From Trypanosoma brucei (Eukaryota), in contig CH464492.1 of NCBI GenBank assembly GCA_000002445.1, forward strand, positions 1-64,000: a stretch of 64,000 nt of DNA. Direction: 5' to 3'. A program made the translations under genes and the position numbers. Under the pieces are notes generated by a model. The model ran no database searches. It was not told the DNA's origin and saw only the letters and a program-made list of their open reading frames with translations. Of this stretch, positions 12,166 to 24,764 are shown piece by piece (position 1 is the first letter of the stretch; each line of letters begins with the position of its first letter).

Positions 12166-13105
12166 AAAAAACGTATGCACATCCAAAAGGTGACCACTTA
12201 CAGAACCAACAGGGTGACTGATTATGAAAGGAAGAGAAAGAAGAATAATATAAAATAAAACGCAAAAAGAGAGAGGGAGAAAGAGATGAAATATGCACAG
12301 TGTCAAAGAAAAATGTGATGATGAGAAGCATACACAAGAAGAGCGAGAAAAAAATAACGGAAGGACAGAATCTGGTGTAAAAAAAAAATGTGGTTTCCAT
12401 TCTTTAGCAGAAGGAGAGACAGGAAACGAATAAGAAAGATACGGAAACTGCTGAACGTGGAGCATGTACGAATCTACGGAACTACTTTGTATGAAGTAAA
12501 AAGGAATTAAAGTAGTACACAACCACTACCAAATTGGTGTAAATGAAAGCTTCTAACACTATAAAAATAACGGGCAATCCACTAAAATTTTGTATCCAAC
12601 GAGAATTTAATAGCACGCATTAAAAATAAAATGCGGAGAGTAATACATTTTTCGGCCACACATCATAGAGTTTGTATGCATTTGACGCAAAAGTATACAG
12701 AATACGAAACAAAAGCTAAAGAAGAAAACATACCTATGACAAGCAGCAGTGCTACATCGTTATCTCACAAGCACGTAATTGATAATTACCCGACAGATAA
12801 AAGCAATTACAAAACATAAATAGTTTATTTTATAGTATAAAAACATATTCGGTATCTTAAAATGTTTAAGTATTGGACTTATATAAGAGAATAGAAGCAA
12901 TATATATGGAAATATACCAAGCTAACGTGGATTTTAAAGTGAAAAAACAGCTAAAAATTTTTTTTCGAGGCGGCACATGAAGAAATTCCATCTACACCAA
13001 CTCTAATTCACCCCATAGGAAGTGACGAATTTTGCATATTTGTGTTTGTATGCACCTTTTCTTCCAAGTGAGTACGAGTAACAAGAAAGTAGGCTGGTTT
13101 TAGGA

Positions 13106-14680
13106 GTGAAAACGGTGTCTATGGAAATAAGCGCGAAGAATCCTCTGCAACAGAAGCCGATCCGCCAGAGTTTCGGTGCAAAACTTGCAGTAGCAAAAAT
13201 ATTGTTACTAAATGCAGCGGCGGAGCACGGAAGCGCGGCTGTAGGTGATGCGCTAAAGAAAGACACGGTCACACAGCTGTGCAAACTAGAAGTCCACTAC
13301 AAGGCAGCGGCCGAAAGTGTCATCCACGCCACAAGTAGTTCAACTGGTTCACTAGACGGCATTAACCTTCTAAAGGCCAGAGTAGACGCCGCTGCCACCA
13401 CAGCAGATGAGCAGACGGCGGCTAAGCTTAAACTGTTGGTGAAGTTTCTGGAACAAAAGATGTCACAACTGACAACGCGTGCAACGGCAACAGCAGCCAA
13501 TGCCACAAAAGCAGCGGCAGCTTCTGCCTTTTTTGCCGGCAAACTAGCGCAGACACTAGAGGTTTTCCACGCAGCTAAGGACGGCACCGGAAACTTGGGA
13601 AATTGCATCCACACGGGGAGCGGAACGGACGGAGCAGCACCGCTGACAGCGGTGCTAGAAGGATGCGGCGTGCAGCCCAATTTCGACAGCCCGAAGACGC
13701 AGGTGCCGGACAGCCACAAACATGTGACTCTGACGGCGCCAAAGATCAGCGGATTAGGAGCATCAGGCGGTTCCGCCGACAGCAGCTGCCACCTAACTAA
13801 AGGCGCCGCCAGGGGGATCTTAACAACATCGCCCATCAGCGGCACCGTGAAGTGGTCGGCGAATTCAGCAACGGTCACCAGCGGCGCAATAACGTTGAAG
13901 GCAGTAAACACCGTCAACGTCGTCACAGGAGCAGGAGCCAAACACGACCATAGCGCAGCAATCAAGAACTACAGGGAATTCCACGGCCACAGCGGTAGTA
14001 CAGTTGTCGTCCCAACAGAAACGAATTATGACCAATGGAGACACGATCCTCTACTTGACAAGGTCCTGACGTGAGCACAACTAGCAAAAACAGAGCAAGC
14101 AGAGGACGCTACAATTGACACACGTCTATCGAACCTCAAAGACAGTACGTTCGGCCCCGACCAAGGCGCATTTGACACGCTGATATGGAACAAAGTCAAA
14201 GTGCTAACCGCACCGGTCAAAGTAGGCTCAGTCATCAAAGACGAGGCCATTGGCAACCTCAACACGGTCGACACCCTAGTGGGAGGACTGCTACGGTGCC
14301 AAGCAAAAAGGAAAAAAATATCTGCACAAGAGGCCCAAAAGCCGGAAAGATGCGAAGGTAAAACAAAAACACCTGAACAAATTTGCAGCGAAATAAGAGG
14401 CCCAAAAGAATGTGACCAAAATGAAAACTGCACTTATAATGAAGACAAACAAAAATGTGTATTGAGTGCCAAGGGCAAAAAAGCAGCCAAAGAAGCAGAA
14501 AGAAAGTAAGGGACAGATGGGAAAACTGAGGAGAAGTGTGCAAAGCATGGAAGTGGACAAAAAATGCTTGCAACAAGGACAATAACTGCAAATGGGAGGG
14601 CGAAACTTGCAAAGATTCCAGTTTTCTCGTCAATAAAAAAATTTCTCCAATGGCTGCTGCATTTGCGAGTTTAGTAGAAT
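13106..14680 (+). pseudogene. VSG pseudogene (frameshifts and stops; GPI signal in a different frame)
   Basis: ORF 13106..14074 is an Ala-rich N-domain. ORF 14201..14509 holds the C-domain cysteines …CEGKTKTPEQICSEIRGPKECDQNENCTYNEDKQKC…. In a third frame, about 14580-14680, is …[32 protein letters not shown]. Confidence 0.75.
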
Positions 14681-14939
14681 TATAACTATTTTTCTATATT
14701 TTATGGAATTTATGAGATTTTTTATTTTGAAAGAATTTGGTAAATTACTAAAATTTACGAAATTTGATACATTTTAAAACTTTTTGATAAAAATATGAAA
14801 GTCAATGTATATTAATGATAATATAAATTTTTTATGAAAGTGTACTATGGGTATACAGAATTATGGTGACATTTTATGGAAATTTAGTGGTATTATAAAA
14901 TAGTTTTTCTAGTTTATGTGCGTTAATTAGGGCTACAAT

Positions 14940-15615
14940 GATAATAATAATAATAATGATAGGAGAGGAGAGTGTTGTGAGTGTTTGTGTATACTAATAT
15001 TATAATAAGAGTATTAATAATAATAATAATAATAATGATAGGAGAGGAGAGTGTTGTGAGTGTGTGTATATACGAATATTATAATGAGAGTATTAATAAT
15101 AGTAATAATAATAATAATAGTAATAATAATAGTAATGATAGGAGAGTGTGTTGTGAGTGTGTGTATATACGAATATTTTAATAAGAGCAGTAATAATAAT
15201 AATAATAATAATGATAGTAATAATAATAGTAATGATAGGAGAGTGTGTTGTGAGTGTGTGTATATACGAATATTTTAATAAGAGCAGTAATAATAGTAAT
15301 AATAATAATAATGACAATAGAAAAGTGTTGTGAGTGTGTATATACGAATATTATAATTAGATCAGTAATAATGATAATAACAATAGGAGAGTGTGTTGTG
15401 AGTGTGTGTATATACGAATATTTTAATAAGAGCAGTAATAATAGTAATAATAATAATGATAGTAATAATAATAGTAATGATAGGAGAGTGTGTTGTGAGT
15501 GTGTGTATATACGAATATTTTAATAAGAGCAGTAATAATAGTAATAATAATAATAATGACAATAGAAAAGTGTTGTGAGTGTGTATATACGAATATTATA
15601 ATAAGAGTATTAATA

Positions 15616-15678
<63 letters not shown>

Positions 15679-15900
15679 GGAGAGTGTTGTGAGTGTGTGT
15701 ATATACAAATATTATTATAAGAGCAGTAATAATAATAATAATAATAGGAGAGTGTTGTGAGTGTTTGTGTATACTAATATTATAATAAGAGTATTAATAA
15801 TAATGATGATAATAATAATGATAATAGGAGAGTGTTGTGAGAGTGTGTATACTAATACTCTAATAAAAGTGATGAACATAAAATAGGGAAGCAATACAGA
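14940..15900 (+). repeat. Long 70-bp repeat array (about 12-13 imperfect units, about 1 kb) including a pure (TAA)n run at about 15625-15690
   Basis: Tandem units of (TAA/TGA)n + GGAGAGTGTGTTGTGAGTGTGTGTATATACGAATATT(T/A)TAATAAGAG. The six-frame ORFs here (14981-15921) are repeat artefacts. Confidence 0.9.
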
Positions 15901-16537
15901 AGCGTTTATAATAATGGCCATGGTGCTATGTGAGTATGTGACTTAGTGAAACAGAAAAGCGAAGTGGTATATGTGTGGCCTCAAACGCAAAATTAACGAA
16001 TGGCACCATTGTTCACGAGAAGACATTAAACTGAACATGAGTGGGAAAGAGAATGCGGTGTGCAATCAAATGTCTTTGCTACGTCATTCGCAGAGACACT
16101 GTCATAAAATTAAAAAATGAGGAAAGAAAATGTGGAACGTAACAATATAATACTGTTGAATATGCGGCAGTACACATGAAACAAATACATCAGTACCCAA
16201 TGATGCAGCATATATCATCTAAACGTGGAGATGTGCTACTGCATAGATAATGGTCACCTCAATTTAGATAACCATAATAATTGAACATGCATGATTACCA
16301 GAGGCTGTGAGAAGTTCTGGAAAAGCATAGAAGATTGATATTTACCGTAGTAAAATGTATATAAATATATCAATAGAGATAGTATAATGACTTGTAATAT
16401 AGGACGCAATTAGAGGAGTCGAACGGCAAGTAACAGGATCCACAATTCCCCACAGACACGGTGATGGACAAAGCGAGCCCAAAAAGAAACCCCCCTTTAA
16501 CTCTTTTTACAGAAGTAAGGTCTTAGCCACAAGCTGC

Positions 16538-18091
16538 ATGCAAGCCATTCAAGACTCAACAATTAAGATGTGCAAACAACTGATGCTCTTGCTGATCTTG
16601 TGTTCGATTCCGCCATCGGGAGCCAACGTCGGAGAAGCGGATAATTTAGCTGTTTTCGCAGCGGTTTGTGAGTTGTTCCAGATCGCTGAGGGGGAACTTC
16701 CTCCGGACGAACAGGTGACAGATTCAGCAAACGCCGTCCGCCAGCTCGAAGCACTCAACATGTCCGTAGCAGAGGACAAGTGGCGCCAGCAGTTCTACAA
16801 AGGCAACTACGAAAAGATATCCTGGCAGGAAGCCAAAGATGCAGGCCTTTCGCCACACGAAAGCTGGAAAACGAAATGGGAACGATGGCAGCAGGCGGCA
16901 CTCAGCACCAAACCGGAAGCCGAGCCCGGAAAAACCATAGCAGACCAAGGCTTCAATGAGTTAACGGGAATTTCCAAAAAAGCAGTCCAAGCAAAAGTAG
17001 CAGCGCTGCTGGCCAAAGTCGGACACCTGGAAGCCGAACGCGCCACAGCAGAACAAGAAATAATAAGCGCGAGCAACGCAGAGTTGAGCAAAAAACTAAA
17101 CAAAGCGTTATACGGAGTCGAAACTGGGAGAGGCGACTTCGGTAAAACAGCTGGAGCAACGGGGGCAGCGAAAACACTGGATGCGTGTAGCACGGCTGGA
17201 ACCATCGACAACCAACAACCACTAGCATATGTTATGATGTGCCTTTGTCTAGAAACAGGGTCGACCAAAACCGGCAAGATCTGTGCAAAAGACCACGCAC
17301 TAACCAAGGCATGGAACGATGCAAACCCAAAAGTCAAGCAAGCATTCGACGACATGCGCAACTTGTGCCCGAGCGGGAAAAAGACGCCAATAACAGCATA
17401 CCAGATACGGAAAGCACTCTCAGCAGTACAGGCCTTCATACGAATGCACAGCGGCACCGGCTATCTAGGAGGGTTCAACAGCGGGAGCTGCAACGGGAAT
17501 GTCGCTAACGGCATATGCGTAAAATACGACCACAAAATAACAGCCGGCGCAAACGGTTTCACAGAACTAACGTACGCCGCCAACATGCTGGAAGCGGCTA
17601 GTCTGCTAGAAAACAGGCAACACGCGGTTCAAAAAGCCAACCAACTGGCACACGCGATCAACGCAGAAGCTTCAGCAGCGTGGCTAATATCGAAAGAAGT
17701 GGAAGCACTGCAGAAACTGGAAAGGGCAGCGGCAGCACAGGTGCCAACCACCAGCCAGGCACCAGGGACAAGCAAGCAACCATCGGTGGAGGAACAAAAT
17801 AAATGCAAAAATGCTACCAATAAAACAGCGGAAGGATGCTCGGCTATCAACTGCGACTTCGACAACGAAAAAAAGGAATGCAAACCTAAAGATGGGGAAG
17901 GACAGACAAGCACAGCAACAGGAGAGCAAGCTACAGGAGCAGATGCCAAAAAGTGCTCCGATAAGAAAAAACAAGAAGACTGTAAAGATGGCTGCAAATG
18001 GGATGGAAAAGAATGCAAAGATTCTTCTATTCTAGCAAACAAACAATTCGCCCTAATGCTTTCTGCTGAATTTGTGGCCTTGCTGTTTTAA
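16538..18091 (+). CDS. VSG: Variant surface glycoprotein, intact (b-type N-domain), canonical GPI signal
   Basis: Signal peptide MCKQLMLLLILCSIPPSGANVG (the true start is probably the Met at 16568). Contains …YLGGFNSGSCNGNVANGICVKYD…. C-terminus …CKDGCKWDGKECKDSSILANKQFALMLSAEFVALLF*. Perfect 16-mer in the 3'UTR. Confidence 0.88.
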   Translation: MQAIQDSTIKMCKQLMLLLILCSIPPSGANVGEADNLAVFAAVCELFQIAEGELPPDEQVTDSANAVRQLEALNMSVAEDKWRQQFYKGNYEKISWQEAKDAGLSPHESWKTKWERWQQAALSTKPEAEPGKTIADQGFNELTGISKKAVQAKVAALLAKVGHLEAERATAEQEIISASNAELSKKLNKALYGVETGRGDFGKTAGATGAAKTLDACSTAGTIDNQQPLAYVMMCLCLETGSTKTGKICAKDHALTKAWNDANPKVKQAFDDMRNLCPSGKKTPITAYQIRKALSAVQAFIRMHSGTGYLGGFNSGSCNGNVANGICVKYDHKITAGANGFTELTYAANMLEAASLLENRQHAVQKANQLAHAINAEASAAWLISKEVEALQKLERAAAAQVPTTSQAPGTSKQPSVEEQNKCKNATNKTAEGCSAINCDFDNEKKECKPKDGEGQTSTATGEQATGADAKKCSDKKKQEDCKDGCKWDGKECKDSSILANKQFALMLSAEFVALLF

Positions 18092-18147
18092 AATTTCCCC
18101 CTCTTTTTAAAAGATTTTTTGCTAAATTTTTGCTACTGGAAAACTTC

Positions 18148-18163
18148 TGATATATTTTAACAC
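18148..18163 (+). promoter_or_regulatory. Conserved VSG 3'UTR 16-mer (mRNA stability element)
   Basis: Exact TGATATATTTTAACAC about 55 nt downstream of the VSG stop codon. Confidence 0.8.
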
Positions 18164-18289
18164 CTAAATTCGGCTGAGTTTTTTTCGTTGGTTGTAAAAA
18201 ATCTGATTCTGTAAATTTTTTTTGTTTTCTGGCACCTAAAAGAATTTCTCTCTTTTTTTTCCTGTTTTTTTTTGAGTTTTTTTTTGTGA

Positions 18290-18345
18290 AGGGAGGTAGG
18301 GGGTTAGGGTTAGTGTTATGGTTAGCGTTAGGGTTAGGGTTTTAA
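18290..18345 (+). repeat. Interstitial telomere-like hexamer tract (degenerate TTAGGG x about 7)
   Basis: GGTAGGGGGTTAGGGTTAGTGTTATGGTTAGCGTTAGGGTTAGGGTT, about 200 bp downstream of the VSG stop. Confidence 0.85.
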
Positions 18346-18789
18346 TTTACCTTTTTTGGCTTTTTTATAATTTGCCATTTTTTTCTTTGCGATGCAGCGG
18401 CTTTTTTTTATATTATGGTTGGCGCTTATTCAGAGAGTAGGCAACTTCGTCTTCATATTTTTCACCTATTTATTTTATTTCCACATTGTTACAATACCAC
18501 TTTTTAATCTTTTGTGAATTTCCGGTTTGCATTTCGGGTTGCGCCCGGCTTAAATAAATATATATATATATGTTTTTAACGCTGGCGCGTGGCAGTGTAG
18601 CTGCGCGAAACGAATTGCTTTTGAAGCATAAATAATCTAAAAAGAGAGTTATTCTAAACTAGGAGATTATTACGATCAGCAGTTAAGGAACGACTTCCAG
18701 ATCTGCCCCTGCCAGCAGACGTCTAAAGCCGCTCAACTGTCATGGCCGCATTTTCAATCCCAAATGAAACGAGAATAAAAAGTGCACAC

Positions 18790-19001
18790 TTAGTGAGGAT
18801 GGCAAAAAACAAGTAGAAAAAGAAGCAGCAAAAGAAGGAGGGAAAGATTAGAAGAAAGATAAGTGTACCAGACATGGCACTAATCTACAAGCTTTTGAAA
18901 AGGACAGCAACTGTAAATGGGAAGATAACAAGTGCAAGAATTCCAGTTTTCTTGTCAATAAAAAATTTGCTGTGATGGCTGCTGCTTTTGTGGATTTGTA
19001 A
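18790..19001 (+). pseudogene. VSG C-terminal fragment only (C-domain plus GPI signal)
   Basis: …[49 protein letters not shown]. No N-domain lies upstream. Confidence 0.7.
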
Positions 19002-19224
19002 AATTTTAGGTATTTTTTTTATAAATATGTTGTTTTCTAAGAAAATTACTTTTGTAATAATTTGCTAATATTTTCTAAACGTTGATGTATTTCAACACTT
19101 TATGATTGATATGTGCGACTTTTAGTAACATGTGTATGAACGTGGCATATTGGTGCAAAGTAGTAGGATAATAGTGTGTGAAAAATGTGTGCTATTCTAA
19201 TTTAGTTTAGTTTAGTTTTTAAAA

Positions 19225-19320
19225 TAATAGGTAGGGTTATAACGGTAGTGATAATAATAATGATGATATCGATATGATTGTATTGCGAGTCCGAATATAC
19301 TAATATTATATTAAGAGTTA
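19225..19320 (+). repeat. 70-bp repeat unit(s)
   Basis: GGTAGGGTTATAACGGTAGTGATAATAATAATGATGATATCGATATGATTGTATTGCGAGTCCGAATATACTAATATTATATTAAGAG. Confidence 0.7.
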
Positions 19321-20145
19321 TGGTGAAAACCGAATGAAAAGAAAAAAAGGAGCATATAAAAACAATGATAAGACTGCAATGGAAATAGGTGAATGAGTGA
19401 GAGGGAGGGTAAGAGACTAAGACAAATAGTGGCTGAATACATACAGTTGCGGCATAAACGCTGTGATGTGTATTATCACAGATGTGATAGTAATGGAGAG
19501 GACAGTAAGGAAGGCACAGAGTTCAATGTATAGCTCAGATAAGCTTGCTCTCTTATCCGCAGAAGCAGCAATAGAGGATGAAAAAGAAGAAATGGAAATG
19601 CGGAATGCGGAATGAAACATCTTGGAGCAGAACAGAACTCTAGAGAAAAATTAGAAAGAGATTGTGCAGCACCTTATACACATAAGTGGATAGATGCCAT
19701 CGCGTAGATAATGGTTGCACAAGAGAATTTGTAGGTAATAAAGCTATGATGATGAGAGTCTTGTGTTAAAAGCGGATGCCGGGATAGTTAGCAAAGGCAA
19801 CTGGTAAGACTCCTAGCGAATCAGTACAATTAGCTACTGTAGTTCCCATAACTACGATGAATGGAAAAATGTGAATAATTAAAGTAACAGTGTCATGCAT
19901 GTCGTGCGCAGAACCAACTACGGATAGAAACTAACTTTAAAAACAAAACCCAGGAATCTTTGCTCAAAGATAAGCTACAGATTGTGAGGATACGCCCTTT
20001 AAAAATTAGATCAAAACCATTTTAATGCATTATTTACATATGTAAACGTGGTTTCCTTAACTATTCACTTTAGAGGTGCAAGTGATTTCTTTTCTTAAAT
20101 TTCAATGTGATAATCTTACGAACTTTTAAAATTTTATGATAGTTT

Positions 20146-20625
20146 ATGGAATAAAATTCTATATCTTGAGAACTTTAATTTTACCGTTGATATTACATTT
20201 AGTTTGCTAAAGTTCAATAGCGCTTCAGTATAATGAAATAAAAAACAAAACAAATATAATAGAGAATAACACTAAGAATCCCAGAGTGTTTGTGGTTGTA
20301 GCTCAAACTCATACAACTCAAGTATGGTGTAGGCTCATATTGAGTTCCAAATTAAGCAAAGTTGATATTATCACAATTGCGATGGAAGGTTTGTACAGCC
20401 ATTTTAAAAGACCTAGATGAGTTATGGAATTGTTGGAAAGACATAATGCAAGTGATTAGGATATTATGATAACTGTTGATGGGTCCGATGTTATCCTTAA
20501 TGATGGAAATAAGTATGAAACTACTAAAGATTATTTTATTCCAAATACTGCAGAAAGTGAAAAGAAGTTTAATGGAGATGATATAGTAAAGGAGAAAATA
20601 GAGAGATGTTATTTATGACAACATC
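20146..20625 (+). pseudogene. Conserved array-associated ORF family, copy b (3'-truncated; near-identical to copy a over about 470 bp)
   Basis: The sequence from 20270-20615 is almost base-for-base identical to 9045-9390. Homology ends abruptly at about 20625. Confidence 0.55.
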
Positions 20626-21084
20626 GGAGTGTTAGGCACCTCATTTGGATTTTATTATGAATTTAGATCACAAAGAGCATGTGGAGAGACGTTATCGGTT
20701 TTTTTAATGTTGATCACGGAAAAGAAAAGGACAGGAATTCAATACCCGACATCACTGCCTTGGAAAAGTGACACCTCAGGGCTAGCAGAGAGAAACTGAA
20801 GACACACAGGTTGGAAATGACCGGTGAATGGCAACCAACTAAAGAAGATTTGCCACTAAACCGATAGAGCAGGTGAAGTCGCCAATTCCGCATTGGGACA
20901 TCGAATACATATGGATGGTTGCTGCGGAGGATAAAAAAAACAGTTCCTAACAGGTGCAGATGGTGTGAAACCCATCTCTGCGCACACTGCGGGAAAATAA
21001 ATTCCGATAGAGCTCACGTAGTGTTTCATACGAACTAAATTCACAGTGTACCCTACCATGAGGCATTGCGCCGGTTGAAACATG

Positions 21085-22825
21085 CTGCACACCCTGGTGA
21101 TGCTGGCTCCATCAAGGTGGTGTCAGAGTCCAGTACCCCGTCTCATCGGGGGAAGCCAAGAGCCAGCAGCGTTCTTCTCATGGGGAACAATGCTTTGCTT
21201 CGGCTACAGCGTCATACAGCACAGGGATCAGAAGCGTCTTTCTGGGACACCGTCTTTTATTTATCGGTCCCTGGGCACGTGGCTAGCGTGCCATCAGCAG
21301 TATCACCCGCGCATGCTGCAGAACTTGGGGTGGTGCCTGAAATTTCACCCTATAACCCCTGCCCCCTCCACCGAAGTCGTATGTGCTCATTGTCTGTAAC
21401 AAATCCTATGGAAACAAAGGAGGGCTCACATGGCACAAAACTCGATGCCTTCACGGCAAAACGAGAAAGTTAGACGATGAAATGTCGGAGAAGCGGAAAG
21501 AAGATGAAAATATCAAACAGCACAAATGGGTTTGCGCAGAACGTGGCTTTCAATCCAAGAGTGCAGGTGTACTAACATTGCGCAGGCCACAGAAACACTA
21601 CATGACCAACGACAGTCCCTTTCCACCCCACACTGGCGGAACCATAATCCACACTGAATATGATTAAAAAAACACACTCCAGTGAGGAATCTGTGGGTTC
21701 AAATTGATTTAGCAGAGAGGCTCGACAATACGTCATGGAATAAAGAGCAGAAGTCAGCTTTAGCACATCATTCCAGTGGTGGAGAAACGGCTAGGCACAC
21801 AAAGTGAAAACCGACCGCATCAACCCAACACCAATGAACAAAGTGATAACACCACCAGTTCAACCTCTGGAGAAAATGAAGCGATATATGGACCTCGCGG
21901 CTACATATTTCGCACAAAAAATGGACTAGTGATAAGTCACGGGATGAAATACTGCGAAGTGCAACCGCAAACGGGGTCGCGAGGAATAAAGAGGCAACGG
22001 GAACTCGAAGAGAATGCAAGTATTCCAACGAAGGGCTCCCGAGCGACGGAAACGAGAGGGCATCCACTGAACGACACAGTAGGCACATCTGAGCCGCTAC
22101 AATGCAGGCAATGCATCTTTGTATCACAATCAAAAGGGGGAACAACACCAAACACCAAGATTCAGCACCGCAGAGGCCATTCCCTGGAGAGTAACGCTGG
22201 TACAAAACGGAGCTGTTCCATCACAGAACAAGAGGTATCCCTCATTTGGAACACGGTAACTATAGGTCTAAATGATACCTGTTGCACGCAATGCCGTCAT
22301 ACGCATGTATCAAAAGACAGCCTGATGGAGCACTTCGGGGGAATGCATAGACAGCATCCCTTCTCCGTAGCAAAAGAATCTCCACCACCGCTCCGGAGCT
22401 TCAACGTCAGAGAGTTTCATCTACACTTCACGTTCGTAAACCGAAATAAGACGTCCCACTCAACATCAGGTTCATCTATACATCGCCATCAAAAACATGA
22501 AATCTGCGTTGAAAGGAAACATACACACTCCAACGAATGCGAAGGGAATCCCACCCACATACTCGTGCGCTCAAGCCTAAAGTGCTCCGCAGTTACTTCG
22601 GGCTTGAGGGCGAAAATATGCAGAAGACAGTGTTCACCAAGAACCTTGCACAATTCCTCCAAGAAATTGAGAAACCCCTCATTCTCTTCCAACATGTACT
22701 TTCTTCATTCGAGAGGAACACCCCTATAAAGGAGAATAGACTACACAAAAAGCTGCCCACTCCTCTGAATGAAAATGTAAACTCCACTATGCTCTTCTAC
22801 GTTTGGGTCAAAAAAAAAAAAAGAG
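21085..22825 (+). mobile_element. Degenerate ingi-related retroposon (DIRE/RIME-like), plus strand, ending in an A-run
   Basis: 21085-21370 aligns with divergence to the RIME/ingi 5' region (CCCTGGTGATGCTGGCTCCATCAAGGTGGTGTCAGAGTCCAGTACCCCGTCTCATCGGGGGAAGCCAAGAGCCAGCAGCGTTC…). Downstream ORFs carry Cys/His-rich zinc-finger-like motifs (CNKSYGNKGGLTWHKTRCLHG, CTQCRHTHVSKDSLMEHFGGMH). A(13) run at about 22810. Confidence 0.45.
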
Positions 22826-24764
22826 GCAGAAGCCTTTCACTCTCAAGTAAACTGTTTTCGCCATCGCCAAGAGCTGCTTATTAAATATTTGGCAGTTTCC
22901 AGCGGCCCCGTACAACTAGCTAGGACATAACATACAATAATCCTTCGGGAATCAAATATGGCACGCTCTGACTTCGATAGTAACAAACTGATGGCAGTCC
23001 ACCTACAGAGAACGATGCTAAAAAAAGGCTACTTTGACTCGAATAAAATACACAGACACTTGTGGGGAACAAGATGCCTTTTTATATTGTCTTGGAATGG
23101 AAGGTGTATCGCTCTTATGGGAGGGTGGGTTTCCTATTTCAGTTTTTTTTCAGGGGCCCCGCGTGCTCCCAATAGCCATCTGTTTGAAAAGTCCTAAAAT
23201 TTTTTCTACAGTTGGAATAAGTTTTGTATTACCGTGGAGCTAAGAATAGACCAAGGGAAGGGAAATTACGCCTCGTTGATTGTAAATTTGCAGTGCTGTT
23301 TAAATCCTCTTTTATAAAGCTCCGGTTTTTTGCCCAACGAAGTAAACCTAAAGAGCTATTACTGCACCTATGTGTTGAAATGATTCTACGACTAGGGTAT
23401 ATTCAAACGGCAATGCAACATTCTACAGATTTATTATGACGAACCTCACGCGGTAGTTATCAAATCAGTGAGCTGAACAAAAAGAGCCGCTACGCCCAGC
23501 AAGATTTAAATCTTGTAAAAGGCATGTAACATTGGCGCCCTACCAAAAAACATTGGAAGCGTGTTATTGAAAGTTTTGCTGGTGCAACGGATTGCGAAGA
23601 GATACCGATTGATAGTGAATACAACGTTCGTTTTGTCTCCGTAAATGATGCGTAGAGTATAAATGATAATTTTCGAGGGATATGCCACAGTGCCACACAA
23701 CTTGTGCCAAAAGACCACCTTGATTGCCAACACAACCGCTACGATGCCCTTAAATGCAGCAACCTGAAACACGTTGCTACGAATGTGTGGGTGACGCCCC
23801 GCACTTCCCCAATGTATCTAACTGCGTCGCGTCGCACACAATCTAGTGGAGAATGTCACACTAGTTTCCACGGATTCCCCGTTATTCCAGTATTTGTCAC
23901 CGTTCCCACATATACTTAGCAACTTTACCTCTGAGGTGTTGTTCCACGATAGAGGTTAAAATAATTAAAAACCTTTCAACGAAAGCTAACAGTAAGAGGC
24001 AAACGCCCATTACGCACATATGCACATGCGTGTGCATACTTCCATCTTTACTCTAAAATACCTCCACTTCATGAAAGAGAGAACGGACATCCCTCCCCTA
24101 AAAAGGATATTGCTTCACTCAACGCACTAGGCGTTACATCCAGGGTTATGATCCCCTCATTCAGAAGGCACTCCAAGCTTTCTTCACACACCACACCCAC
24201 TTTTCTCTACCCTTCGGTACAGCCACTTTACTAACGCACAGTTTTCACCGTATTTTAACAATGTCACTGAAAGGCGGCGGTTTTGCAATGAGTGTCTTCT
24301 TAATACTCCAAGAACGAACGCCGAAAATGTGAACAAAGGTGTTAACCGTATGTCTGCCGCCTTCGTCATTGCAGGGTCCCACAGGCGAATCACATCTACG
24401 CCATAACCACAGAAGAAATATCGAGACGCAACAACTGAGAAGCCACTATCCCCACAAATGCTTCAGTTTCATACCCTACAGATTCGTAAAGTTCCTACAA
24501 CTACAAACTGAAAAGCTCTGAAATAAGCAACCGGAAAGAACTTTGCTTCGCACACGCAAACTGTACATACAAGCATTTGAAACATAATAACATTGCCACT
24601 GTCTGATGATTAGTTTTTTTTCACGGAAACACAACATGTCAATGAAAAAAGAAAATCATTAAGCACGTGGGCGCGCGCAAACTCGCAAAAAAGCATGTAT
24701 GCAAAAACATCGGTGAAAAGGAGGAAATGTATATAAACGTATTTGTCAGATGTTAGAATCAGTA

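Noticed and set aside
14940-15900. Repeat-spacer-like periodic array that could superficially resemble a CRISPR locus
   Set aside because: Units are imperfect TAA/TGA-rich trypanosome 70-bp repeats with GT-rich cores, not identical direct repeats with unique spacers. The context is eukaryotic: VSG genes and ingi elements. The short six-frame ORFs in it (14981-15921, both strands) are repeat artefacts.
16807-17457. Long antisense ORFs overlapping VSG and ingi coding regions (for example 16807..17457(-), 13297..13965(-), 28086..28628(-), 36433..37035(+), 42399..43124(+), 32405..33529(+) series)
   Set aside because: They are shadow ORFs opposite strongly biased (A/C-rich, stop-poor) coding sequence. 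They have no recognisable protein features, and the sense strand carries clear VSG or retrotransposon domains.
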